Positions 11,131 to 22,915 are shown, counted from the stretch's first letter. The stretch: 32,000 bases of DNA from Wallemia ichthyophaga EXF-994 (GCF_000400465.1 NW_008806283.1:270001-302000); one strand, 5' to 3'. Notes: generated from the letters alone by a model not told the origin. Made by a program: numbers and translations.

Positions 11131-12462
11131 TTAGTCAAAGAAACATTCGAGCTTTCTCTCAAATTCTCTACCTGCATCTCTGTCAGCTTTCTTGAGGCTC
11201 TTGATTTTATGTCTCTGACGTCTATTGCTGCACATAAACAAAGGTCTATATTTGTTAGACCATAATACGAGGCGATTGACATAGCAGTTAACGTCGACGT
11301 TGACAATACGGAGATCGTGAAAGGGCGACAGGGCATTAGATGACGAAGCTCTGTCCCTGTTGTTTTGGTCCACCTGCGCGGCCGCATACGCCTTGCATTG
11401 GTTTGAGTCGCACAGCTTGAGCTGCTCCACATACTCATAGCCCTCTTTTGGGGCGACGCTAAATTCTCTCCTCTTCGCATCATCATCTACTGCCCGTAAG
11501 TAGCAGCTCTTGAGGTTATAGTGGCAGATGGAACATTTCTTGACGGTATGCGAGTCGTTCGAGACTAGGACAACATCAATACTGCGCTCGATGAGGGAAT
11601 TCACGATGGCGTGTCCCTAAAATAGATTTCAAGTCAGAAATCAAGGCACCGCATGAAACAAAACAACCCCACCTTCCCCTTCATCATGCTGTCGCCGACA
11701 ACAATGATGAGTTGCTTGGAGCTGGCTACGGGCCTATATGTTTTCTCTAATTTTCTCGCAAAGTCCTCGAGTGGACTGCCTAGATCGAACTTAGTTTTCT
11801 CGGTGATGTATGCACTGCTAGAGTAGAAGGAGCGCAGAATAGAGCTCTCGTAGTTAATTATACTCATATACAGCTCAGGACTTCTCAGACCAAGCTCTTC
11901 AGCTTCAATAGTCGCTATTCTGTCCTCACTAGCCTTCACCTTGTCAGACTTCATCCGCTCGATACGCTTCTCAAATGCCATCCTTCTCGTCTTCTTGGAG
12001 AGAGAAAACTTAAACTTTTCGGAACGGTTACGTGGATTGCTGTTTTCTGAACCCCCTACTATGCTGTCGGAGGCCTCATTCAAATGCAGGCTCACTGCAA
12101 AGTAATTGCCACGAACCTCAAACGCGACATCTTCTAATCTAAAAAGTGACATAGTTTGAAAGAAGATCGAGACTTTTTTACATGGTGCATGGCGGAAGTT
12201 GTGCTTTCAGGTACAGCACAGCGGAACGGTGAGGTTTGAGGGGTGCCGTAAGGTGTCTGAGGGGAATTTGAGAAGAGTTTGAAATGGCGCGTAGGAAATC
12301 ATGTAAAGAAATGTATATTAAGACAGTAACGGCATAAGTTACGTCCCGTCCAGCAGACAAACGATGACCCGGTTGTGTTGATTCAGTCGAAACGAATTTT
12401 ATAGAGAGCAATGAGTGCTTTGAGCACACTTCTTTCGCTGTCAAGTGCTTTGTACTGCGCAT
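11131..12462 (-). CDS. Intron-containing Fanzor/TnpB-like protein (split RuvC + zinc finger); 5' end uncertain
   Basis: ORFs 12178-12462, 11634-12152 and 11131-11604 join in frame via introns 12181-12139 (43 nt, GTAAAA..TTTTAG) and 11672-11617 (56 nt, GTGGGG..CTGAC..TTTTAG). Spliced protein: ...VAFEVRGNYFAV...LRSFYSS...KFD...FARKL...IIVVGDSMMKGK|GHAIVNSLIERSIDVVLVSNDSHTVKKCSIC...LKLCDSNQC...VNVDVNCYVN...RPLFMC. This follows the remembered Fanzor C-terminal order (viaxG...kg...vvlvdExxTSxxCxxC...CxxxxC...nRDxNaaxN...RPxf). Confidence 0.72.
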
Positions 12463-13146
12463 TCATTACGTCAGTCTTCTGGTTGAGCTGTTCTGTCTCG
12501 AGACGCAGTTGCCTCATATCACCCTCGATTTGTTTGCATTTCTAGATTGATATGCTGTTAGACTCGCAATGCAATGCGTCGTCCTTCCTCAGCATATCTA
12601 GCTCGGGCTTCTGCACCTAGATTGAGAGATTTTTTAATGCCACACGTTCCTGAAAGATAAACTGCCTTCATCAGTTGCCTCCACTGGCGAATCTGACCAT
12701 GACGTTTACAGATTGAGAATTTTTGTGAGTATCTGCGTTTGTGTCTATCTCTTCAATTTCCTCCACTTCCTCCAGCTTGTTTAGCCTATGATGTCGGGTG
12801 TAAGCCTTGATGGATGTGAAAACACCTTCATCTGACAGTTTTTATTGTGCTGATTCCCGAGTAGGGGATGTGTGAGAGGAGATACGAGCCAGTGATGGTG
12901 GAAAAATTATGGCATCTTTTGATTATGAAGGTTAAAAGAGCAATTATTTGCAGCTATCACAGGATCTCTTATAACGCTTCCTTGACTTAAAAAAAAAAAT
13001 TGAGACACACATACTGCAAAAACTTCATTTACAAGATGCAAACATCCTCAGCAACACAACTAACACAAATAACACAAAATAACGCTTAACAAGGTCATAT
13101 ATAATCATTCCCGATCACTCATAAATACTTCCCAAACAATCCCCCA

Positions 13147-14765
13147 TCACAACATAACCAACGCGATTCCAGAGCAATCTCTTCCTGATCCAATACCCCC
13201 ATTGATCTGCTTAGACAGCTTCCAGTTGAATATGTAGTAGTTGAGCAAGCCACTGCCTGGCTTAAACTTCTGATCGCTGATAAAGTGGTTGCTCTCCATT
13301 AAAGTAAGTGTGTTGAACACATCGAAGCCGGTGCTCTTAGACACGCGCAGGATAGCTTCGACGAGTCTATTCAATCTCTCGCCTACTCTTGACCTCTTCG
13401 CCACTTCTAGTTTTCTCGGGAAGACTGTGGTGGATGACGACCTCCAATCATCCGGCAAAGCCTTTTCTGTAGCGTAGTAGAACATGTAAGCGGCGTCAAG
13501 GATTGGATGCTTATCATTCCCGACGACGGTGCTAGGAAGGGAGTAAAAGGAGATAAAGTCGGTGATGAGTTTGGTCTGTGGATCCTCGACGACATAAGCC
13601 CATACCACCTGCTTCTCTCTCATTGGCTTGCCGTCAATGTACTCGCCCTCACCGCGCCCGCTGAGGAAGGTATGTCTGACCTCCTCTTGGCTGAAAATCG
13701 GGGCGAGTTCGAATCTCGACAGGTAGGCTTTGAGGAGGGCAGTGACGCCGGCGACGTCCTTCTCTTCCATCTCCCTGAAACCTTCCGGCTGCGGCCTGGT
13801 TGGGGAATTGGCTGGTATATCGCTAGCTTTGGCCATCTTCTCGATCGACATGCCCGGCTGGGGCTGAGAGAAGCCCGTGTCTACCAGTTTCGGCACGTTG
13901 ATCGGTCTGTGAAAGTACTGACAGGTGGATATGATACCCGGGAGAACATTTCCACCCGTGTAAGTTGCTTGATAGACACCTTTGAGATTGCACCTGCGCG
14001 TCACCTCCTTAATGAGCACCGGGGCGAGCCTCTTGGAGCGCAGCTTTTTGTGCACGCAGAGGAAATTGACTTCGGATGTGTTTAGCGTGCGCTTGTTGAC
14101 GTCGATAGTCATAGGCACGGCGCCTATGAAGGCTACAAGTTTGCGCTTACCGGAAGCGACACGCACACCGACATGCCAGCTCTTTTGATATCCCGGTGGC
14201 TTGAGTGCCCATGCGATGAATTCGGCAGAGTAGTTGAATCGCAGTGTAGCGTCATCGTCTTCGACGTAGTTGAGACAAAGAAGTTCTCTGACATCTTCGA
14301 GCTGCGACGAGTGTCAGAGGGAGTGAACACACTACACACTTCACTGACCTCTTGCGCATTGTCAAGATCGACGTCAACCCATTCGTACTCCTTGGGCAGC
14401 GGCAGAGGCACTTTGCTGAACTTTTCGACGTCGACGGTGGGATCGATGGGACCGTCTTGGCTGCCTTCTTGGGGGAGAGCGACGGGCTGTGTGCTCCAGA
14501 ATTTGTGTTGACCCATGTCCTTCTTGTTGCCTTGGCCGACGCCAGAAGAGCCAGCAAGAACTTCAGAGATGTTCATCTGGGTGAGTAGCTGCCTCACGCT
14601 ATCCTTGTCGAGGCCATTGGTATCTTCGTTGTTGCTGAGTTGTTGTTGAATAGCTTTGAGCGGGTTGATCGGCACTTTGTCGCTCTTCTTGTCTGTGTAT
14701 TATTGTCAGGAGGTTGTTGAGATGTATTCCAAATTCCCACCGTCTTTGCGATTATTTTCCGACAT
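13147..14765 (-). CDS. NMT1: Glycylpeptide N-myristoyltransferase
   Basis: ATG at 14765 with two short introns. Motifs HKFWSTQPV, LNYVEDDD..RFNYS, EVNFLCVHKKLRSKRLAPVLIKEVTRR, FDVFNTL, KFKPGSGLLNYYIFNW and C-terminal IALVML. Confidence 0.97.
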
Positions 14766-15047
14766 GATGGATTGGGTTTGAGAGGGTAAATTGCACAAGA
14801 ATACGCGTAGAATGGATTTGAAGTGAAATGAGTAGCACATATATACAGCATACGTTCCGTACAACCATAGAACACTGTTCATCTCTCGATAGAGATTAAT
14901 TTATATCTGCCATGTATGACAAAGGTGAGGGGAGTGTGTATTGGGATTATGAGCGAATAAACACTACAAAACCCATTAAACTCCTCATGCCCCTCGAATC
15001 CACTGCAATTTTAAAGCGAAAATAAATTTTGTCTGATTCTTCAATTG

Positions 15048-16908
15048 ATGCTCCCAGCCTTGCGTCGCATCACCCAAATAAAAAGACCTTTAAATCTAAT
15101 AAACAGGCAATTGAGCATGTCAGAAAGCGCAAACCTCCACAAGGACGATGTCACCGGTGAGATGATTTCAAAAACAGAGCTCAAGAGAAGAATCAAGGTT
15201 AGAGACGCCGAAGCTAAGAAGGCATCCAAGCCAAAGCCTGTTGTGAGCGAGAAGAAGGAGAAGCAAGAGGAGGCTGAGCTGTCACCAAATGTGGGTGTCT
15301 GTGTGCCATTCCACCCACCTAACTCAAATCCCACAGCAATACTACGAAATTCGTTCCAGGGCAATTCAAAAGCTCAGGGAATCCAAGGACCCGGATCCTT
15401 ACCCTCACAAGTTCCACGTTGAGCTTTCTCTCGGTGGTTTCATCAACAAGTACGATTCCAGAGTACAAAACGGTGAATCTGTCAAGGAGGAAGTCGTCAC
15501 CGTCGCTGGTAGGTTGCACAACATCAGAGCCAGCTCTTCAAAGCTCATTTTCTACGACTTGCACGGCGATGGCACTAAAATTCAAATCATGGCAAACGCC
15601 GCTGAAGCTGACGGTCAAGATTTCACCCAGGCACACGAAATTCTTGCAAGAGGTGACATTGTCGGCGTCAAGGGTTACGCTGCACGCACCAAAAAAGGCG
15701 AACTTTCAATTGTCCCAAAGCAGGTACAACTGCTCACTCCAAACCTTCACCAACTCCCTAAAGAGCACTACGGTTTCAAGGACCAAGAGCAGCGCTACAG
15801 AAAGCGTTACCTCGATCTCATCCTCAACAGAAACGTCAGGGACGTCTTTGTCACCCGTGCAAAGATTATCAACTACCTCCGTAGATTCTTAGACAACCTC
15901 GGTTTCTTGGAAGTTGAGACACCTATGATGAACATGATTGCTGGTGGTGCCACTGCCAAACCATTCGTCACTCACCACAACGATCTCAAATTGGACTTGT
16001 TCATGAGAGTCGCTCCAGAGCTCTACTTGAAGGAATTGGTTGTTGGTGGTTTAGATAGAGTCTATGAAATTGGCCGTGTTTTCAGAAATGAGGGTATCGA
16101 CTTGACTCACAACCCTGAGTTCACCATTGCCGAGTTCTATATGGCGTACGCTGACATGTATGATCTCATGGACCTCACTGAGTCACTCTACTCTGGTCTC
16201 GTCAAGCACATTACTGGCGGTTACAAGGTCACCTACCACCCAGATGGAAAGGGTGAAGGTAAGAAGGAGTATGAGATTGACTTTAGCACACCATGGAAGA
16301 AATTCAATATGGTCGAAGAATTGGAAACTCAACTCAAGGTGAAATTCCCAGAAGATTTGGAGACAGATGAGGCAAACAAGTTCCTCTCTGATCTCTGTAT
16401 TAAGAATAACGTTGATTGCTCAGCACCACGCACGACTGCCAGACTTCTCGACAAGCTGGTAGGAGAGTATATAGAGTCACAATGTATCAACCCATCGTTC
16501 ATCATTGGTCATCCAAAGATCATGTCACCACTCGCCAAACGCGACAGAAAGCACCAATCACTTACAGAAAGATTTGAGGTATTTGTGGCGACAAAGGAGA
16601 TTGCCAATGCATACACTGAGCAAAACGATCCATTCAGCCAATTGGAATCATTCAAGGAGCAGATGAATCAAAAGGCAGCTGGTGACGATGAGGCACAAGA
16701 TGTTGATGAGACATTCATAAACGCACTCGAGCACGGATTACCACCAACAGGTGGATGGGGATGTGGAATTGACAGACTCGTAATGATGCTTACAGACTCT
16801 GCGAATATTAAAGAAGTCTTACTATTCCCAGCGAACAAGCCACTTCCGGGAACGAACGCTGCAGGAAATGTAGAAAACGCAGAGAATGCACCAAAAGCGA
16901 CAGCGTAA
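15048..16908 (+). CDS. KRS1: Lysyl-tRNA synthetase (class II); in-frame ATGs at 15048 and 15117
   Basis: Intron 15291-15336. Motifs [49 protein letters not shown] and [17 protein letters not shown]. Confidence 0.97.
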
Positions 16909-16985
16909 AGAATGGCAAGTAATTTAAATAAAAATGTAAATAAATTGATTTCAATTATGTGTTTTTATCGTTTAAATCTACAGTC

Positions 16986-18901
16986 ATGGACACATCAACA
17001 CCAGAAGAAGGCAAATTGAGTACAAAGTTGAGCAGCTGGGTCAATAATTCGCTTAGGCGCCATTCCACTATTGATAGGACTTTGCATTATTTATTAGATT
17101 CTGGTGGGAGCGGATATCAAGGTACTTCAGCTGAGGATGTAAGCTGGGTGCTAGGGGAAGTATACGAAACAGAGGAATCGTTTTTAAGTGATTTTCAGTC
17201 GCGTATTTGGTGTACTTATCGCTCAAATTTCACTCAAATCAATCAAAATGATCCAATGATGAGGGATCTCGGTTTAGATGGGTTATCGACCCATTCATAT
17301 GGACATACACCCAATCACGCGCCAACACCAACACCAACACCCAAATCAAGCCATTGGCTGTTGAGAGAGCGCACCTATAACTCAGATCAGGGCTGGGGAT
17401 GCATGCTTAGAACATCACAATCACTTCTCGCTAACACGCTTCAAATCCTTTCCCTAGGAAGGCACTGGAGAAGATCAAAATACTTGAACCTTTCCGATTA
17501 TTCTCAACGAAAAGAATACGTTAGACTGGTACGTCTGCTCATTTTATTCATGGACAGTCCTTCACCGTTATCGCCATTCTCTGTACATCGCATGGCAGTT
17601 GTCGGTAAAAGCTTGGGAAAGGAAATCGGAGAATGGTTTGGTCCATCCACAGCTGCACTCACTATTAGGTGGGTGAAGCTCACTTTAATGTTATGTCACA
17701 CTCCCACCTAATCACACACTGCAGACATCTCGTCAACAACCAGCACGATGTTGATTTGTCAGTCAGTGTGGCATCTGATTCAGTCATCTACAAGTCAGAT
17801 GTGTATCAAGCGTCAGGTGCAAGTACAGAATGGGGTCACAAACCTGTCCTCATCCTTGTTGGAATTCGATTAGGTTTGGATGGTGTACATCCACGCTACT
17901 ACGAAACTCTCAAAGCATTCTTAAGGATCAAGTCATGCGTCGGTATAGCAGGAGGCAGACCGAGCAGCAGCTACTATTTCTTTGGGTACCAATCAGACTC
18001 TCTGTTCTACGTAGATCCACATATGATCAAGCCAGCAATGACGACAAGGGTACCGCCGAGTGAAGCTGAGCTTAAAACTGAGATAGAGTCGTTGCTGCGG
18101 TGCAACAGTGCATCATCTGGTAGTACATCTGGTAGTACAAGTACATCCGACAAACAACCCGGCACGAAAAGTACACCGAGCACACCCAACACCACACCAA
18201 CAAAGCATCTATCCAAGAATGGTCATAGGCGAAGGAAAACGTCGATGATGTTGGGCGGAGTGACCAACAAGAATAGGAGAAGGTCATCATCTTCTGCTAC
18301 TCTAGGAGAGGAGGGGGAAATAGAGGATTGTTTGCCGTCTTCGAGCTCACAAAGCTCACAAGATGATAGTGTTGGTTGGAAGAAACTTTCACATTTTCCA
18401 TCGACATCCTCCCATTCGGTACCTCAGACAATACCAGAATCGTCATCGTCATCGTTTATAAAGGATATACCTAATTTGGATGAGTTAAGCGATAAGTGGT
18501 ACATAGATACGTACAGTGGATCAACGATATCATCGTACTTTTGCGATAAACCGCGCAAAATGAACATGAATCAGATGGATCCATCGATGCTACTAGGATT
18601 TGTAGTGAGAGATGGAGAAGAGTTTGATAGGTTTGTGAGGGAGGTGAGGGAGTTACCCCAGCAAATTTTCTCAGTTGCGGATGCACCGCGATCATTTGGA
18701 GATGATGAAGATGTACAGAGCATTAGTAGTAGTAGCAGTAGTAGTAACGTAGGTGCAAGTGTTGCACAAGCCCAGGACGAGGAGTGGAGCAACATCAGGA
18801 AGGAGAGTATGGAAGAAGAAGGGGCGGAGTTGGTAGATAGGATGAAATTAAGCGATAGAGGGAGTATGTCTAGTCTGGAAGACTGTTTGATATCGAGGTG
18901 A
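16986..18901 (+). CDS. ATG4: Cysteine protease Atg4 (peptidase C54)
   Basis: ATG at 16986; intron 17669-17724. Catalytic SDQGWGCMLR, GEWFGPS, GIAGGRPSSSYYFFG, YVDPH and MDPSMLLGF. Confidence 0.95.
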
Positions 18902-19205
18902 TGATATTGAGGGGCAATGTTGATGATATCAAAGTGATGATACCAAGTGAAGATACCAAATCAAGTCATGATAACATAATAATATGATTAGATATAACAT
19001 TACAATGTATTAATAGACATGTATTCTAATATTAAGTTAATTGAAATTAAAAATTTTTCATTTATTTTGAATCGGCGACTACGTCATGGTTGAGGCAATT
19101 TCGACGACAGCGTCTCTTCTTGCAACCGTCACCAACAAAGAAAAAGAAAAAGAAAAAGTGAGAAATTTTGATTGAGATTGAGATTTCAAATTAAAATGTT
19201 AGCAG

Positions 19206-20119
19206 ATGTCAAAACCAAATGAACAAGTTATTGAAGAGTTCAACAAAATTGTTAATATCACTGTAGAAGAATTAGAATCATTCCTTAATACGGAAGAATC
19301 TAAAAACGCTGGATGGGGCGAAGGAGATGAATCCGTTGGTCACAACTCGTGCGTATGAACCATTTAGCCTCTTTCATCGATTCAAATATCCACAGTGGAC
19401 GTCATATCGTGGATATACTCACCAAGAACCCAGAGAAAAAGCCTGAGAGCTACGATGAGGGAATGTTGGAGCACATGAGAAAGGTAGTCGCTTACTGTAA
19501 CCGCCATATTGCAGGAGAAATGCCTTCTTTAGAGTCAAAGAGTTTAGACGAAATTAAGCACTCAAAATCGTATCTCAGCTTGAAGAACTGGGGCCATGAT
19601 GTCCTCAAGTACCTCCAAAAAGAGGATAAACCTGCTGAAGAAGACAAGGAGAAGCCAGCAGATGATGAGAAGAGGGAGGATGGTACAGCAGAAGGAGAGA
19701 AGCAAGCCGAAAAGCAGGAAGATGCTCCTGCTTCTGCTGAAGAAGAAAAGAAGCAAGAAGATGCGCCTGCAGCTGAAGACAAGCAAGAGAACGGTCATGA
19801 GGAACCTGCCCAGGAAGAGAAAGAAGAACAACCAGCTGACGAGGCAGAAGACAAGTCAGACGATAAAGCAGATGATACTGAACAATTGGCTGCTGAAGAG
19901 GCTGCTGACGTACCGGATGCTGCACAAGCAGGTGATGACGCTCCTGCAGATGAGGAATTGGAAGATAACGCTGAAAAGCGCGGAGCGGATGCTTCGGAGC
20001 AAGAGTCACCACAAAAAGCACAGAAGACTGACAAGTCTGAGTCAGCACCAACAAGAAGGTCAGCAAGAGCAGCTAAGCAAGTTAAATCGTATAACGAAGA
20101 CGAGGAGGATGATGAGTAA
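19206..20119 (+). CDS. DUF3140-domain protein with a long acidic low-complexity tail
   Basis: ATG at 19206; intron 19349-19395. Peptide EFNKIVNITVEELESFL.TEES..AGW...ESVGHNS|GRHIV.IL...LEHMRKVVAYCNRH...SLKNWGHD matches my recollection of DUF3140. Confidence 0.8.
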
Positions 20120-20300
20120 GATGAGTATGGCTGACATACTCTACCGATTCAAATCCCCTACCAAATTCAACCGCGTCATCTATATATGTCCTAAATGTCC
20201 TAATTTATGCCGACTACTTGAGAAAAATTGAATTAAAATGTATGAAATATTTCTTTATTTTGTTTTTTGGTTCCTTGATTGAATTCTTTGAATAATTGCT

Positions 20301-21635
20301 TTACTTTTCCTTCAACACCATATCAGATCTACCCGGGCCAACACCGATAGATGTGACTGGTACACCTAAGTACTGTTCAATGAATTCGATATACTTGCGA
20401 GCATTTTCTGGTAAATCAAACCAAGTGCGACATTTTGATATGTCAGATTCCCATCCAGAAAGAGTGGCATATTCAACTTGAACGTTCTCAAGCAATTTAA
20501 GATCAGCTGGGAATGAATCCAATTTCTTTCCGTTGAGGTAGTAAGCAACGGCAATCTTTACCTCCTTGAGCTGATCGAGGACGTCCAACTTCGTGATGTT
20601 GATTTGAGTATATCCGTTGATTACATTAGAGTATTGCATCACAACCAAATCCAACCAGCCGGTACGTCTCCTTCTACCTGTAGTGACACCGTATTCAGCG
20701 CCAACTTCTTGGAGATGTACACCAACGTCGTTGAGTTGTTCAGATGGGAAAGGACCACCACCGACTCTGGTAGTGTAGGCTTTGACGACACCATACACCT
20801 CACCAACACGACCAGGAGGGATTCCCAAACCCGTGCAAACACCGCCAATGGAAGTTGAGGATGAAGTAACGAAAGGATAGGTACCAAAATCTATATCGAG
20901 CATGAGTGCGTTTGCACCTTCGACGAGGACCTTTTTGTTAGATTTGAAAGCGTTATGTATGAAAGCAACACCGTCTACGATATGTGGACGGAGACGATTA
21001 GCGAGTTCTTTATAACGTCTAATCTCAGCCTCAGTGTCATATTCAAAGTGACCATAACGCTTGAAGCGGCCTTCAACAATTTTACGGAATTTGTGCTCAA
21101 AGTCATCATCGTAGAGGTGGTGGATTCTCAAACCGGATCTTGAAGCTTTAGAGGAGTAAGCTGGACCAATACCCTTCTTAGTTGTACCGATTGAGGAGCC
21201 GCCAAGTTCGACCTCTTTAAGGCCATCGACGGTTTGATGGAAATCAAAGACAAGTTGAGCTCTGTCGCTGATAAAGAGCCTATCAGCGCAATTGAGGCCT
21301 TTATTTATAAGTTGCTGTAATTCATCGAAGAATGAAGGTACGTGTACAACGACACCGTTTCCAATCAGACCAACGCATTTCTCGTTGACTAAACCAGATG
21401 GAAGAAGGTGGAAATCGAATTTCTGCTTCTTTGGTCCATCTGCTGTAGGGAAGTCTTCTACAACGATTGTGTGTCCAGCATTGTTCCCGCCAGCACATCT
21501 AGCATCAACGTCTACATCGTGGGCGAGAATATCGACAAGCTTTCCTTTACCTTCATCTCCCCATTGGGCACCGAGAATGACATTCGCTTTAGCGTTTGCG
21601 AGATCCGGTTTTGCAGAGATGTCGGTGGTATTCAT
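20301..21635 (-). CDS. ADE12: Adenylosuccinate synthetase
   Basis: Intronless 444 aa ORF with [44 protein letters not shown] and TKLDVLD. Confidence 0.98.
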   Translation of the reverse strand: MNTTDISAKPDLANAKANVILGAQWGDEGKGKLVDILAHDVDVDARCAGGNNAGHTIVVEDFPTADGPKKQKFDFHLLPSGLVNEKCVGLIGNGVVVHVPSFFDELQQLINKGLNCADRLFISDRAQLVFDFHQTVDGLKEVELGGSSIGTTKKGIGPAYSSKASRSGLRIHHLYDDDFEHKFRKIVEGRFKRYGHFEYDTEAEIRRYKELANRLRPHIVDGVAFIHNAFKSNKKVLVEGANALMLDIDFGTYPFVTSSSTSIGGVCTGLGIPPGRVGEVYGVVKAYTTRVGGGPFPSEQLNDVGVHLQEVGAEYGVTTGRRRRTGWLDLVVMQYSNVINGYTQINITKLDVLDQLKEVKIAVAYYLNGKKLDSFPADLKLLENVQVEYATLSGWESDISKCRTWFDLPENARKYIEFIEQYLGVPVTSIGVGPGRSDMVLKEK

Positions 21636-21862
21636 CAGAGGAGCATTGCGGTGAACGGATTGATTTTGTAGGGTGTAGAGGTGTCTGTTTAGTGTACTAT
21701 AGTGGTTACAGATGTTGTAGTGCCATATTATGGATTTGAGTGAAAACTTTCCCGGGATCCCGAGCCAAGAAGAGGAAGAGTGGGTGGGATGTGATAAGGG
21801 TTGTGGCGGCTATATAACCATAAAATCAGCGTAATTGCTGATACACACCTCTCAATAAAACA

Positions 21863-22861
21863 ATGACTAGACTTTTCCGGACAATTGAGCAGCTGAGGGA
21901 GTGGAGAGTGGAGCAGCTAATAAACAAGAATATCGTGGGTTTTGTTCCAACAATGGGAGCACTACACCAAGGACATTTGAAGCTCGGTGGGTTGAGTGGA
22001 TAGTTTACAGCTATTCTAACCACCCATTTAAGTTGAACAAAGCCTCAGAGAGTCGAATAAGACTGTTGTTTCAATATTCGTTAATCCAGCTCAGGTGGGT
22101 AGCTAGCCAATGGAATTTCACTTTTAAGTTTAGTTCAGTTCGCTCCACACGAAGATTTGGACACCTATCCAAGGACACTTGAAGGGGATCTAAGCCAGCT
22201 GAGGCGTTTATCTAATGACATCACCGTGTTCACCCCCTCTACAACTCAAATGTACCCCACTGGAATCGAGCAAGATACACACAAACAGACAGGCGCTTTC
22301 ATCGAAATGGCAAATCTGTCTGATAAAATGGAAGGCATCTCACGCCCAACTTTCTTCAGAGGCGTCGCAACTGTTGTCACTAAGCTGTTTAATGTGGTAC
22401 AGCCTGATTTAGCTTTTTTCGGACAAAAGGATATTCAACAAGCTTTGATTTTGCGGAGAATGTGTAAGGATTTACTGGTACAGTATCCTACACCGGCAAA
22501 CTTGAGGATTTCCCCTACTGCTCGAGATCCCGTCTCACACCTCGCTCTCTCTTCTCGCAATGCGTATTTGAGCGAGGAGCAGAGATCTCAAGTGGCACCA
22601 TTGCTTTACAAAGCTCTACAAGCAGGTAAACAGGCTTATGAAAGCGGCGTCACCTGTCGCCAGGACATCCTCCATGCCACCACCCAACACACCACCCACG
22701 CTCAACAGCAAGGTGCAAAGATGGATTATATACAGCTGAACGACGCGTCTTCTTTTGAAGTGGTCGATAGCGTGGGCAATAACGGCGCTATTCTCTCGGC
22801 TGCCATGTACGTCGGCAACACCCGGCTAATCGACAATGTCCTTCTTGGAATGAGTGTTTGA
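21863..22861 (+). CDS. PAN6: Pantoate-beta-alanine ligase (pantothenate synthetase)
   Basis: ATG at 21863: MTRLFRT...GFVPTMGALHQGHL. After two introns: SIFVNPAQ|FAPHEDLDTYPR, RPTFFRGVATVVTKLF, FFGQKD, LALSSRNAYL and RLIDN. Confidence 0.95.
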
Positions 22862-22915
22862 GATATTGTCAAGTGTTTAAATAATCATATGCATCATACG
22901 TATCACGTGTTCATA

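Noticed and set aside
10850-13020. Terminal inverted repeats or target-site duplication around the Fanzor-like gene
   Set aside because: Only a weak GCTGCAA match between the flanks; no supportable TIR or TSD by eye.
13289-14588. Long antisense ORFs over NMT1 (similar ones lie over the transporter, peptidase, ILV1 and FAD2)
   Set aside because: Shadow ORFs of real genes, with no recognisable motifs.
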